This document shows positions 38,205 to 51,010 of a stretch of 64,000 bases of DNA, piece after piece. Origin of the DNA: Cetorhinus maximus (taxonomy: Eukaryota); NCBI RefSeq assembly GCF_964194155.1, contig NC_135895.1:97960001-98024000 (forward strand), written 5' to 3'. Both the position numbers and the translations under genes were made by a program. A model generated the notes under the pieces. It saw only the letters and a program-made list of their open reading frames with translations. It had not been told where the DNA came from and did no database searches. How positions within the stretch are numbered: position 1 is the first letter of the stretch; each line of letters starts with the position of its first letter.

Positions 38205-38715
38205 CATAGAAGGCCATCTGGCCCTTCATGCTTCTGGCAGCTCTTTAAAAGAGCTATCCAATTAGTTCCTCTCCTCTGCACTTTCCCTTTGGTCTTGCAA
38301 TTTTCTCTGCTTCAAGTATTTATCCCATTCACTTTTGAAAGTTACTATTGAATCATCTTCTACTACCCTTTCAAGCAGTGCATTTCAGATCATAACTCTC
38401 AGCACAAAAGAATTGCTCCGCACCTTGCCTTGGGCACTTTTGCAATTACTTTAAACCTGTGCCCTCTGGTTATCAACCCTTCAAACAGTGGAAACAGTTT
38501 CTCCTTATTTATTTCATCAAAATCCTTCATGATTTACGAATCAGACAGATCAGAAATTCCTTCACTAAATAAATGTTGCTGTTAGGTGTTAAGAGCATAA
38601 AAAAGTGGAGCAGGCGTAGATCATATGGTCCCTAAGCCTGCTCTGCCATTGAACATGATCATGGCTGATCTTCTGCCTCAACTCCTTTCCAGCCCCTTCC
38701 CCATATTCCTTGATT
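38205..38715 (-). mobile_element. Two CR1 3'-end fragments (about 38205-38540 and 38590-38715)
   Basis: Reverse CR1 tail motifs (AGGCCATCTGGCCC; CCTGCTCTGCCATT..ATCATGGCTGATC). Confidence 0.65.
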
Positions 38716-38779
38716 CACTGAGGCAGTCCATGTCCAAATGCAGCAAGACCTGGACATTATCCAGGCTTGGGCTGACAAG

Positions 38780-41750
38780 TGGCTGCTGGGCAACAAGGGC
38801 TGTCCCCTCAAAAGGTAGCTCATGACGCCGCTCTGCCATCCAAGAACAGAGGCCGAGCAGTGGTACAGTAGCAGCCATGCCTCCACCAGGGTGGTGGTAG
38901 AGAGAACCAACAGTCTTCTAAAGATGCACTTCCGATGCCTGGACCATTCAGGGGGCACAATGCAATACCTCCCAAATCGTGAGTCACTGATAGTGGTTGC
39001 ATGCTGCACTCTCCACAACCTGGTGCTGGAAAGGTGGGACGTAGTGGAGGAAGAAGATGTTGATGCAGCTACTCTGGCAGCAGAGGATGATTCCAGTCGT
39101 GAGTCCAAGGATGAGCACGGTCAGGAGAACGCTGAGGGGATAGACACTGACCTGGGCAACCTCCAGGGAGGCAGGGACACCTGGGAGGCTTTGATTCAAC
39201 GCTCTTTCAGCTAGCCTACCAAATAAGAGCCACCACCACATTTCAGGGCTGCAGGCTCCATACCCGATACCTGACGGGAACATTTGCTTGGTGAACAACA
39301 TGCACAATGTGCCATTTCAATAACATTCAATGACAGTCAAGTCATTCATAGCATCATGGGTTACCCTGCACCTGCAGAACTAGTGAAGCACCCAGAGGCT
39401 TATTGAACACAAGCACATTTAATGGTGTGGTGCCTGGCATACATAAAACAAATTAAATGGAAAGGTGTTCTCCAACACACCTAATAATAATTAACGTAAA
39501 AATGGGGGGAAAGAAATCACCAATGATAAGCCCGTGTTGTGCTTAAGGTGTTTCAGTTGTTTGTTTGCAGGTGAATCCCCCTTGCTGGCACTGGGATTGG
39601 AGACAGCCTGCTCACTCTGCTGTCCTGTTGGCCTTGATGACCTTGGCGGGCATCCTCTGGCCCATTGAGCTTGTGCTGGCCCCTCCTGGGAGGGAGCGGC
39701 CAGTGCCATGGCTGGCATCTCCCCAGTCGCTGCAGCCTCACTGGATGCCACAGTCACTGGCAGAGGGGCGGCGGAGCTGCTGCCTTCATCCGGAGCGCCC
39801 TGAGAGGACCCCACAGGGACAACAAGCAGCTCGTGCCAATGTGAGGTGGCTTTGAACCTGCTCAGCATTGATGGACGGGCACCTAGCTGGGATACTGGGT
39901 GCCCAATCCATCTCCCACATTAACAGTGACCACCTGAGGTCTTTGCCGGTGTGAGGGCTTGCAGGCCCGAGCACATCCCCAGGAACCCCTGATTCAGCTC
40001 CTGGAGGAGCCACTCCATGAGAGTTCGACTCTCTCCATGAAGGAGGCATTGCGCTCGGCCATGAGGGTCATTGCATTGCTCATGCTCCACATGGACTGCT
40101 CCACAGCGGAGACCATGGCACGCATTCCCTCGTGTATCTCCACGAGATCCTCCTGCACACCCCGCTGGACATCATCTGCTGCCTCAGGGTCAACTCCAGA
40201 GGCACGCTAGCCAATGACTGAGCATGTTCCTGGTCCCCAGCAGTCCTCCGACTGCCGGCGCCCTGGGCACTCTCTGCCTCCGCCCGTACCTCAAGCGAGC
40301 ATGAAGTGCCCTCACCGCTGTGCACCGAGATACTATCTGACGATCTAATGCCCACTTAGGTGCTGGTATCTGCGCTGGTGCCTGCCTGGCTGAGAAGGTG
40401 TGATGCAGGCGCGTTTCTATGGTCGCTGTCCTCTTGGGTGAGTGGCGGGCCTACGGGCTCCTCACCCCGATGGGCTTCTGGTGAGCCTGAAAGGAAAAGC
40501 AAGGACATGTCATCACACTGTTACTGTGCGTGCCTGGCACCCAGATCAGGGTGCCCTCGTCTTTCTACTATCAATGGGGATTCCATGTTCGAGGCTCACA
40601 TCGATATAGAGACAGCAGTGGAATAGTTGCTATTACAGACATTCTGACCTCAGTGCACTGCACTCTTACCTCCCTGTGGCACCCCAACCTCACCGTGGCC
40701 AGTTGACCTAGGTGCATGGCGCCTCTCCAGCTCCAGGGCCTCCTCCTTGTATCTACTCGAGAGTAGAAGGTGGGGCGGTCCTCTGCCAGTCCGATGCCTT
40801 TCTGCATTGTTATGGGATGTCTTCTCCTGAAAGGACAGAGGAGCATTGATTAGTCCACCTTGTACCTGCATTGCCACTGCAGCCTGGCCAACCCCACCTG
40901 AGGAACACCTCGCAGGGCTCAGCTGATTCGTGACCTTGGAGCTGCAAGACCTCATTCCAAGCAGCCAGGGCTCACCCCCTTGCCCAGATGCTGCCTCATT
41001 GACATTTACCACTCACACTCTAAGAACTCTTGAGTTTCGTGGGGGGTGGGGGGGTGCTCCTAACTGCTGTGCAAAGTGACCCATGCCAACATGGTGCTCA
41101 CCCTTCCCGATCGCAGGAGATCATTGAAGCGCTTACGGCACTGAACCCATGTGTGCCTTACCACATCATGGGGGCTCACCCTGGATGCCACCTCCTCCCA
41201 GACATTTTTGGGGCGGGGGGGGCCTCCTTCTCCTGGGGACAAGTATATCTCTGTGCTGCAACCTCCTCCGGGAGGGCAGCGAGATACTCATCTGAAAAAC
41301 GCAGGGCCGACTGCCCCGCCGACCTACCTTCCTGCCTGCCATGTTCAGCACTGAGGTGCTCCATACCAAGGTTCCTCCGAGTCACTGGCAGCCTCGCCAC
41401 TGGCAACTTCCAGATTGTTGTAAAAACTCATCTGGTTCACTAATGTCCTTTAGGGAAGAAAATCTGCCTTCCTTACCTGGTGTGGCCTACATGTGACTAC
41501 ACTCCAGATCCATGGTTAACTTATAGTTGGGACCACTTTTGAGTTGGCCACCGCATTGCCATTGGACCTGACGAACATTGAGCTCCCGCCTTCGTCCGCC
41601 CCTTCTTGCTGATGCTGCTGTCGTGTATTACGCTGGGCGGACCTTGATTGGCCCACCTGGGTAAAAAGGCCGATTGTGGGCAGCAGCCGGGTTCCCGACC
41701 ACTCCTACCCACTCCCGCTGAGCCCACCTGACGAATGTAAAATCCTGGCC
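38780..41750 (+). mobile_element. Second Harbinger copy, 5'-deleted: transposase C-terminus, Myb/SANT gene (minus strand) and right TIR
   Basis: WLLGNKG.PL, TRVVVERT..LLKMHFRCLD, CCTLHN. Collinear with 9630-12353. TIR AAAATCCTGGCC at 41739-41750. A SINE body is inserted at about 41413-41520. Confidence 0.88.
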
Positions 41751-41795
41751 CATGTTGACTTTGTTAGATCATACTATGATTTTCGAAGTGCACTG

Positions 41796-41950
41796 GGGCG
41801 ATGGTGGTGTAGTGGTACTGTCACTGGGCTAGTAATCTAGAGACCCAAGCTAATGCTCTGGGAATATGGGTTCAAATCCCACCACGGCAGCTGCTGGAAT
41901 ATAAATTTAATTAATTAAACCTGGAGTTGAAAGCTAGTCTTGGTAATGGT
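41796..41950 (+). mobile_element. tRNA-derived SINE 5' head
   Basis: A-box TGGTGTAGTGG and B-box GGTTCAAATCCC followed by SINE body. Not a complete cloverleaf. Confidence 0.7.
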
Positions 41951-42629
41951 ATATAAAATAAGATAGATTACAGCATTTCCTCAATGACTAATGTGAGGCT
42001 AATTGGTCTATAGTTCACTGTTTCTCTTTCCTTCTCTTGAATGACATTTGCTGGCTTCCAGTCTGCTTGGATTTTTCATTTCTGTTAGTCAGAGAGGGCT
42101 TTGAAAGAAATTAGAGGAGACATTTCAATGTAGAAGGAATGGATCACCAATTCATTATTCCTGTCTTTTGAAAAATGCCTGTATTTGACTTCCTTTTGAG
42201 ACTTGATTCAGTACAATTTTCCAATTACTTTTTGACATTTCATTTTGCAGATTATTCCTCAATCTCAGTTTTCACAAAGAGTGATAAAGCCATACTGATT
42301 GATCTGTACAGAACCACATAAAACTTCTGAGTTTCCTGAACAAATTCTCCCACCCCAGTAAATATCGAGGCCATTGCTTCTGAGAAACAAATGAGTATTT
42401 CACAAATGATTATGTAAACCTGTAATAAAGAATAATATGTGGATAAATCTACATGTCTGCACCTTGAGTGATACACTTACATGGAAATACTAATCTTGAA
42501 ATTCTTGGATGTGGAACATTGTCTCATCAATGATTGTACTTTTCTTGTCATAAGTCACATATTAAGTTGTAGAAATGGAATCTATTATTTGCTGTTCAAA
42601 CACCCAGAGGTTTGCAGTGCCTTTCTAAC

Positions 42630-43529
42630 TCTGTATGAAAATGAAAGGCAGTTGCAGCTTTTGAAAAATTTAAGACATTGTTGGAGTTGCATTGCCCTAT
42701 AACATAGGTCACAGTTCATACAAGTAATCTGTGTAATTTTCTTTTAACATATTAGTGTTTTATATTTTACAGGTAGGGGATAGAAGTGGTGAACTGGCAG
42801 CTCGGATGAATCTTTCAGATCTTCAGATGGTTTTGGGCATTAGTTACAGTGCAAACAACTCCATCTTGGTCACAGGCCATGAACTGGATTCAAACTCGGA
42901 AGGTGAGTGCAAAAAAAAATTCCAGTGAAGGGAAGTTTTTTGCAGCCCCATCACCAACCTGTGCTCTCTGTTTGAGTGCAGTTCCATGCTGCGATCTTTG
43001 AAGTTGCCCTGTTACTGTTTCTATTGCAGAACTACAGATCAACATGAATTTGTGTTTGGTGTTGGATTTTTATGTTCATCAATACAGTGATTTGCCATAG
43101 TTAGAAGTACTTGAATATTTTCCCTTTTTATTTGTTTGTGCTCAGGTTAAATGTAATTATTAGCACTGGTCTGAAGTGTATCTTGGGATTCAAAATATGG
43201 GTCTGTTTAATTTCATCTGCACAGGCTTATCTTTTTAATAAACACAACAAGTAAAGTGCTTCACATGGATGAAACATCAAAGCTCAATAAAATAGTGGGG
43301 TGGGGGTGTGCGTGGGAAAGCAGTACATAGAGGAATGTAAGGATAATGAATGAAAAATGTGTATTTTGGGGAGATTATGGTTCTGTATGAAAATGAAAGA
43401 CAGTTTAAGATTTTGAAAAATTTAAGACATTGTTGGAACTGCATTGCCCTATGAAATAGGGTCACAGTTCATACAAATAATCTGTGTAATTTTCTTTTAA
43501 CATATTAGTGTTTTATATTTTACAGTAGG
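42630..43529 (+). repeat. Direct repeat of about 145 bp of the exon 9 acceptor region (42630-42772 and 43382-43525)
   Basis: Both copies read TCTGTATGAAAATGAAAG...TAATCTGTGTAATTTTCTTTTAACATATTAGTGTTTTATATTTTACAG. Confidence 0.95.
42773..42902 (+). CDS. GPSM2: GPSM2 coding exon 9 (VGDRSGELAARMNLSDLQMVLGISYSANNS...)
   Basis: End of the TPR array and start of the linker. TTACAG acceptor, G|GTGAGT donor, 130 nt. Confidence 0.95.
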
Positions 43530-44028
43530 ATCAGAATAATGCCATGGAAACTTGTATGCAATTATTACCAGGATTTTAATTTCAGCTGTGCACAATTTTT
43601 TTGCATGTATATACACAAAGAACTCTTTAGGCCGGTCAGCCATGAAGTTTAGGCAATGTGTTTAATAAAAAAAAACAGTTAATTGAACTACAAGAGCTTC
43701 GGCTACTTTATGGGCAATGGCAAAAGCCACTCCCTAGGCACACTTTTGTAAGGGATCATAAGATCAGTCTTTACACTTTGACTAAATAATGTAAACAATC
43801 ATAGTTTCCAGTTAAGAGAGATGTCATATAAATAAGTGGAGTAATAACATTTTGAGACATGCTTTTTCCCCAATAAATAGAAAATTCTCCAAGGTTTTTG
43901 CTGGGGTGAAAAAGGAGATGAGAGGCTATGTTGGGTGGTTATTGCAGTTAGTACCTCCGCTGTAATTAAAAATCAAGATTGAAGGCAGCAGCAAAAATAC
44001 TCCTATTAATCTGTTGTTATTATTTTAG

Positions 44029-44099
44029 GTGCTCGACCAAGATTAGGGCGCCGACAAAGTATGGAAAAAATGGAACTAATGAAGCTAACGCCAGATAAG
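44029..44099 (+). CDS. GPSM2: GPSM2 coding exon 10 (GARPRLGRRQSMEKMELMKLTPDK), linker phosphosite
   Basis: Matches the LGN RRHSMENMELMKLTPEK linker (phospho-Ser bound by the Dlg GK domain). TTTTAG acceptor, AAG|GTACT donor, 71 nt. Confidence 0.95.
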
Positions 44100-44139
44100 G
44101 TACTGACATTTAACTTTTCTAGCAAATATTTTAGCAACT

Positions 44140-44730
44140 TATACTGAGACTCAAAGAAGGAGACTTTGGGACAGATGACCAAGGAGTAAGTGTTTCCAGG
44201 AGTATCTTAAAGGAGGCCAGAGAAATTTGGAGGTTTAAGGAGGGAAATCGACAGCTTGGGGCCCAGACAGCTAAGGTATGACTGTCAGTGGAAGGAAATT
44301 GGGATGCACAAGTGGCAGAGTTGAAGGAGTTCTGAGGATGTAGGGCTGGAGGTGGTTATAGACATGGAGAGGGGCAAAGCTGGGGAGGGATTTGAACACA
44401 AGGGTGAGAATTTTAAATTTGAGATGTTGGTGGACTGGGAGCCAATGTAGGCCTGTGATTGGTGTGATTGGGATTTGGTGAGAGTTAGGATATGGGCAGC
44501 TGAGTTTTAGATGAGCTCAATGGAGGTTGGAGGATGGGATGTCAGCCAGAAGGGCATTGGAATCACTAAGTATGGAGGTAACAAACACATGGATGAGGTT
44601 TTCAGGAGAGATGGGCTGAGGCAGGGGCAATAAGTTGGAGGGGATATTAGGTCAGAAGCCCAGCTTAGGGCAAAATAGAATACCCAGGTTGCAAACACCC
44701 TGGTTCAGTGTGAGACAATAGCTGGTTGGG
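44140..44730 (-). mobile_element. Decayed L2-like LINE fragment
   Basis: Typical reverse L2 3' motifs (GGAGGGAAAT..CAGCTTGGGGCC, GGGAGCCAATG, GCAGCTGAGTTTTAGATGAGCT). Confidence 0.55.
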
Positions 44731-46613
44731 GTGGCAGTGTGGAAACTGTTCATCCACTACTGGAAGAGTATAAACCCCAAACATTGTTTAAAAAAAAAGG
44801 GCTGACCAGCATAACAGTAGAAATTCTATTAGTACACTGTGAATCTATCTGAATTCATTGTAATTTTCAGAAGACAATGTAGTCATCACAGGTTTCAAAA
44901 GAGAAGATCATGGTTGACCAACCTATCTGATTTCTTTATAAGTAACAGAGAATAGACCAGCGTAATGCTGCAGTTATATATTTGGATTTTCAAAAGACCT
45001 TTGATAAGCAACTGCACAGTAGGCTCATGACGAAGGCCAGAGTATGTGGAGTCGCGACATATAGCAGAACAGATAGCACGCTGTCTACAAAACAGTAGAA
45101 ATTAACAGCAGCTACTCAGACTGGTAATGGGTAGGAAGCTGGATCAGTGATGGTACTATTGTTGTTCAAAATTTACATTAATGAAATTTAGACTTGGAAA
45201 TTGGAAGTACAATTTCTAAATCTGTGGTAGACACCAAATTAGGGGCTGTAGTTAATACAAAGGACGATTGTGATGAAATGCTACTACCATTAAAAGTGCA
45301 GAATGGATGTGTAATTGGTAAATTAATTGTGACGTGGTGCATTTTGATTAGAGTGAGACCACGTATTGCTTGGGTAATAAGTCTAAATGGGATAGAGAAG
45401 CAAGCGGATCCAGGAGTACAGATAAATAAATTACTAAATGTAGTGATGCAGGTTAATATGACTGTTTGTTTATATATGTAAAAAGAAAAAGGCCAACTAG
45501 GCACTTGGATTTATTTCTAGAGGGATAGAATCGAAAAGCTGTGTTAAAATTGTATAGAACCTTGCTTGGTTGGACCACACTTGGAATACCATGCAGAGTT
45601 CTGATCGCTATAATTTAAAAAGGATATAGAGGCATTAGAGAAGGTGCAAAAAAGATTTACGAGATTGATGCCAGAGTGGAGAGGTTATCTTTTATCAGGA
45701 CAGGCTAACCAGGCTGGGGATCTCTTTCTAAAAAGCTGAGAGGTGACCTGATCGCGGTTTTTAAAACTATGAACGGGCTTGATAGGATAGAAATAGAGAA
45801 GATATTTCCACTTGTAGGGGATTCAAAAACTAGGGATCATAAATATGACATGGTCACTATTAAATCCAAAAGGGAATTCAGGTGAAACCCCTTTCCCCAA
45901 AAGATGGTACGCATGTGGAATAATCTACCACAGAGTAGTTGAGGCAAATAGCATAGATACATTTAAGGCACAGCTAGATAAGTATATGGGGGAGAAAAGA
46001 ATAGAAAGGTATGTTGATAGTGTTGGAGGGGTGAGAGGAGGCTTGTGTGGAGCATAAACACTGACATAGATCATTAAATTGCAGAATATGCATATAGTTG
46101 GGAAATTAATTTTAACACAAGTGTGAGGTGTTATACTTTGGCAAAAAAATAAGGATGTCACAAATTACTTCAAAAAAAAGAATCTAAATAGGGTAGAGGA
46201 GCAAAGATACCTGAGTAAAAGTACACAAACCAGGAAAAGGAGCAACACAGGTTAATAAAGCTATTTTTTAAAAAAAGGCAAACCAAGCACCAGGGATATA
46301 AAGCCAGAAACTTCTGGAAATTCTCAGCAGGGCAGACAGCATCTGTAGAGAGAAACAGAATTATGGTTTCTGGTCATGGTGACACTTCATTAAAGCTAGG
46401 TGTGGAGGTAACAAACACATGGATGAGGTTTTCAGGAGAGATGGGCTGAGGCAGGGGCAATAAGTTGGGGGGGATATTAGGTCAGAAGCCCAGCTTAGGG
46501 TAAAATAGGATACCCGGGTTGCAAACACCCTGGCTCAGTGTGAGACAATAGCTGGTTGGGATGGCAGTGTGGAAACTGTTCATCCACTACTGGAAGAGTA
46601 CAAACCCCAAACA
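44566..46613 (+). repeat. 218-bp direct repeat (44566-44783 and 46396-46613)
   Basis: Ungapped match at offset 1830, with about 9 substitutions counted by eye. Confidence 0.95.
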
Positions 46614-47070
46614 CTAGGGTTTATTTATCAAGGGATGGAATTGAAGAGTGGAGAAGTTATGCTAAACTTGTTACGCTAAACGCCTTGGATGCATGATCCT
46701 GGTTGCCATATTATAAAAGTGATCTGGAGGCACTAGAGAGAGTGCAAAACAGATTTACAACAATGATACCAAAACTCTGAGGTTCTACTTATCGGGAAAG
46801 GATGAACAGTCTGGGTCTCTTTTCAAGAGAGAAAGAAAGGTTGAGGAGTGATTAATAGAGGCCTTTAAAAGTATGAAAAGTCTTGATAAAGTAGGCATAG
46901 AGAGAGTGTTTCCACTTGAGGGGAAGACTAAAACTATAGGTCACGAACATAGGACAGTCACCAAGAAATCAAATGGGAAATTCGGAAGAAATTTGTTCAC
47001 CTAGCGACTGGCAAGAATGTGGAACTCACTACCTTAGGAAGTGGTTGAGGCAAATACTTTAGGTACATTT
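44870..47070 (+). mobile_element. Two tandem decayed CR1 3' halves (about 44870-46060 and 46075-47070)
   Basis: YLDFQK.FDK, DTKLG and PHLEY motifs. The 3' segment occurs twice. Confidence 0.75.
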
Positions 47071-47445
47071 CATTTCTACAGACATATATCATTCCACTGT
47101 TGCTTTCCCTCTCCTTGAGGGAATAAAATTTCTCCACTGCAGACAGCCTTCAAAGCTGTATCAGAGGACCTGTGTGTCATATTTGGAACTATTGCAGTCA
47201 TTTACTGCTTTGAGAATGTTTCAACAGTCTGCAGCGACAGTACAAGTGCCCTTTAGTAGTTGCTGGCTGGTTTTTAAGAAGTGCTGGGGGCACCTGATTT
47301 CTCAACCCTACACAGACTTGTGTCTAATAAGCAATGCGGGTCAGGCTGGCTGAATGTCATTCTTAGTATAGCGGGTTGCTTGAACCAATTCACGTTTTTG
47401 GGCGTGACTGAATTTTTCTGACTGGAGACATCCTACATTTGGTGA

Positions 47446-49805
47446 ATCATAGAAACATAGAAAATAGGAACAGGAGTAGGCCATTCGGTCCTTCGAGCCT
47501 GCTCTGCCATTCATTATGATCATGGCTGATCATTCAACTCAATAGCCTGCTCCTGCTTTCCCCCCATATCCTTTTGATCCTTTCGCCCAAGAGCTATATC
47601 TAACTCCTTCTTGAAAACATACAATATTTTGGCCTCAACTACTTTCTGTGGTAGCGAATTCCACAGGCTCTCCACTCTCTGGGTGAAGAAATTTCTTCTC
47701 CTCCTCAGTCCTAAATGGTCTACCCCGTATCCTCAGACTGTGACCCCTGGTTCTGGATGCTCCCACCATTGGAAACATCCTTCCTGCATCTACCCTGTCT
47801 AGTCATGTTAAAATTTTATAAGTTTCTATGAGAACCCCCTCATTCTTCTGAACTCCAGCGAATATGATCCTAACCGACTCAATCTCTCCTCATATGTCAG
47901 TCCCGCCATCCCAGGAATCAGTCTGGTGAACCTTCGCTGCACTCCCTCTATAGCAAGAACATCCTTCCTCAGATAAGGAGACCAAAACTGCACACAATAT
48001 TCCAAGTATGGTCTCACCAAGGCCCTGTATAATTGCAGCAAGACATCCCTGCTCCTGTACTCGAGTCCTCTGGCTATTAAGGCCAACATGCCATTTGCCT
48101 TCTTTACCGCCTGCTGCACCTGCATGCTTATCTTCAACAACTGGTGTACGAGGACACCCAGGTCTCGTTGCTCATTTCCCCGTCTCAATTCATAGCCTTT
48201 CAGATAATAATCTGCCTTCCTGTTTTTGCTACCAAAGTGGATAATTACACATTTATCCACATTTTATTGTATCTGCCATGCATTTGCCTACTCACTCAGC
48301 TTGTCCAAATCACCCTGAAGCATCTCTGCATCCTCCTCACAGCTCACCCTCCCACCCAGCTTTGTGTCATCTGCAAATTTGGAGATAATACTTTTAGTTC
48401 CCTCATCTAAATCATTAATATATATTGTGAATAGCTGGGGTCCCAGCACCGATCCCTTTGGTGCCCCACTAGTCACTGCCTGCCATTCGGAAAAAGACCC
48501 GTTTATTCCTACTCTTTGTTTCCTGTCTGCCAACCAGTTTTCTATCCATCTCAATACACTACCCCCAATCCCATGTGCTTTAATTTTACACGCTAATCTC
48601 TTATGTGGGACTTTGTCGAAAGCCTTCTGAAAGTCCAAATAAACCACATCAACTGGCTCCCCCTCATCAACTCTACTAGTTACATTCTCAACAGGAATAA
48701 ACAATTGTTGCAGTTCACCCATGTTCTCTTTGAACGTTTGCCATTGCCTATCCACCGTCATCCCTTTAAGTAATGTTTCCCAATCCATCATAGCCAACTC
48801 GCATCTCATACCATCGTAGTTTCCTTTATTAAGATTCAGGACCCTAGTCTTAGAATCAACTACATCACTCTCCATCTTGATGAATAATTCTATCATATTA
48901 TGGTCGCTCATCCCCAAGGGGCCTCGCACAACTAGATTGCCAATTATTCCTTTCTCATTACACAATACCCAGTCTAGGATGGCCTGTTCTCTAGCTGGTT
49001 CCTCAACGTATTGGTCCAGAAAGCCATCCTGTATATGATCCAGAAATTCCTCCTCTACGGTATTGTTACTAATTTGATTTGCCCAATCTATATGCAGATT
49101 AAAGTCACCCATAATTACAGATGTTCCTTTATTGCTTGTGTCTCTAATTTCCTGCTTAATGCCATTCCCAACATCACCACTACAGTTTGGGGGTCTATAT
49201 ACAACCCCCACTAACGTTTTTTGCCCCTTAGTGTTTCTCAGCTCTACCCATACAGATTCCACATCATCGGAGCTAATGTCTTTCCTCATTATTGTGTTAA
49301 TTTCCTCTTTAACTAGCAATGCAACTCCACCCCCTTACCTTTTTGTCTGTCCTTCCTAAATACTGAATATCCCTGGATGTTCAGTTCCAATCCCTGGTCA
49401 CCCTGCAGCCATGTCTCTGTAATCCTGACTGTATCATACCTGTTTACATCTATTTGCGTGGTTAATTCATCCACTTTATTGTGAATGCTCCTCGCGTTAA
49501 GGCACAAAGCCTTAAGGCTTGTCTTTTTAACATTACTTGTCCTGTTCCCACTATTTTTCACTGAGGCCCTGTTTGATTCTTGCCCTTGATTTCTCTGCCT
49601 ATCGCTTTTCTTATTCCCCCTTTCTGTCTTTTGTACTTGTCCTTGATTCCCCCTCCTCTGACTCCTTGCATAAGTTCCCATTCCCCTGCCATTTTAGTTT
49701 AAACCCTCCCCAACCACTCTAGCAAATATTCCCCCTAGGACATCAGTCCCGGTCCTGCCCAGGTGTAACCCGCCCAGTTTGTACTGGTCCCACCTCCCCC
49801 AGAAC
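47446..49805 (-). mobile_element. Relatively young CR1 LINE with an internal deletion (343-aa EN-RT ORF at 48288-49319)
   Basis: LCLNARSI, ITETW, VYRPP, MGDFN, SDH, YLDFQKAFD, FADDTK motifs. The short-repeat 3' tail CATAGAAACATAGAAA is intact. Confidence 0.95.
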
Positions 49806-50409
49806 TAAAGACTGCAGTTCTGCGACTGCAGACTTTGAGTCTCCTTGTTGAAAAATACCATCTAAAGTGGCTCATCCAGTATAGATCTATTTTGTAACAT
49901 TTCAGGCTGATTTTCTTTTGTAGTCTGGAACCTTAACCTACCCTATTAATCCCAGTGGTTGGTTCCCTGTAACTTTCACAGAGGTGTACACTAGACAGCG
50001 GAAGTACTTGCTTGAAACCACTGGTAGGGCTTTTTCAGTTCTAATGACATAGTTGGGACTCTGATTGCAATTTAAAGTAACACATGGATGGAGCTTGCAT
50101 CGTGAATGTTGTACCCATGTTTTCTGGCACTCTGATATGGACCCATAAGGAGCAGAAATGTTTTCCTTAACTGTCAAAATACTGCAGGCCCCTACCAGCG
50201 ATTGGCTGCATGTCGAGATCAGTGCAGACTACTTGGCCCCTTTGAGTGCTCAGGCAGCTAGCAGCATGAGCCAGGCTTGGACCAATGCTGCAGTCAGGTA
50301 AATGACGTAGTACCCATTTGTGTGCTGCCTGCTTCAATGGTCTGCTGGCACTGGCAGATTGCTAATTGTGACCCTCTGCCCAAAAATAGGCGATGAAGAA
50401 TTTCTAGCC

Positions 50410-51010
50410 CAATGTTCTTTGAGTCCTCCATCTTCTGTTGGGCTTCATTGGAACACTGTGGGAGGTTGAGGACCCAGAGAGTTCGGAGTGGAAGTGAGAC
50501 AGAATTCGAATTCAAATGACAGAAATTTGGGGTCATGCTTGCGGACTGGATTGAGGTGTTCAGCAAAGTAATCACCCACAGTTGTGGAGACCACATCATG
50601 AGCAGGGAATGCAGTATACTAAATGGCATAAGTACAAGTAAATCGCTGTTTCATCTGGAAGAAGTGATTGTGGGAAGGGAGAAAGTGAAAGGGTAGGTGT
50701 TCTATCTCCTATGCTTATACAGGAAGGTGCTGTGGAAAGGGAAGCAGGTGTTGGGAGTGATTGAAGAGTGGACAAAATGTGTTTGTTGGGGGATGATCTG
50801 CTGAATGTTTGGGCTGTTGAGCTGGAAAAGGAACCCTACTGCAGTTCTGGGTGGGAGGGGAAAAGGTGAAAGCAGAAGTGTAAAATGAAATGAATATGGT
50901 CAAGGACCCTGTCAACCATGGAGGAGAGGAATTCTACATTGAGGAAAAAGGAAGACATTTTGGTAGCACTAGTGTGTAAACTGGCATGATCAGAACAAAT
51001 GAGATGGTGA
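50410..51010 (-). mobile_element. Decayed Penelope-like GIY-YIG-region fragment
   Basis: Homologous to 52420-53130. Confidence 0.6.

Noticed and set aside
41796-41890. tRNA gene
   Set aside because: A and B boxes are present, but the spacing is extended and the sequence runs into SINE body without an acceptor stem or terminator.
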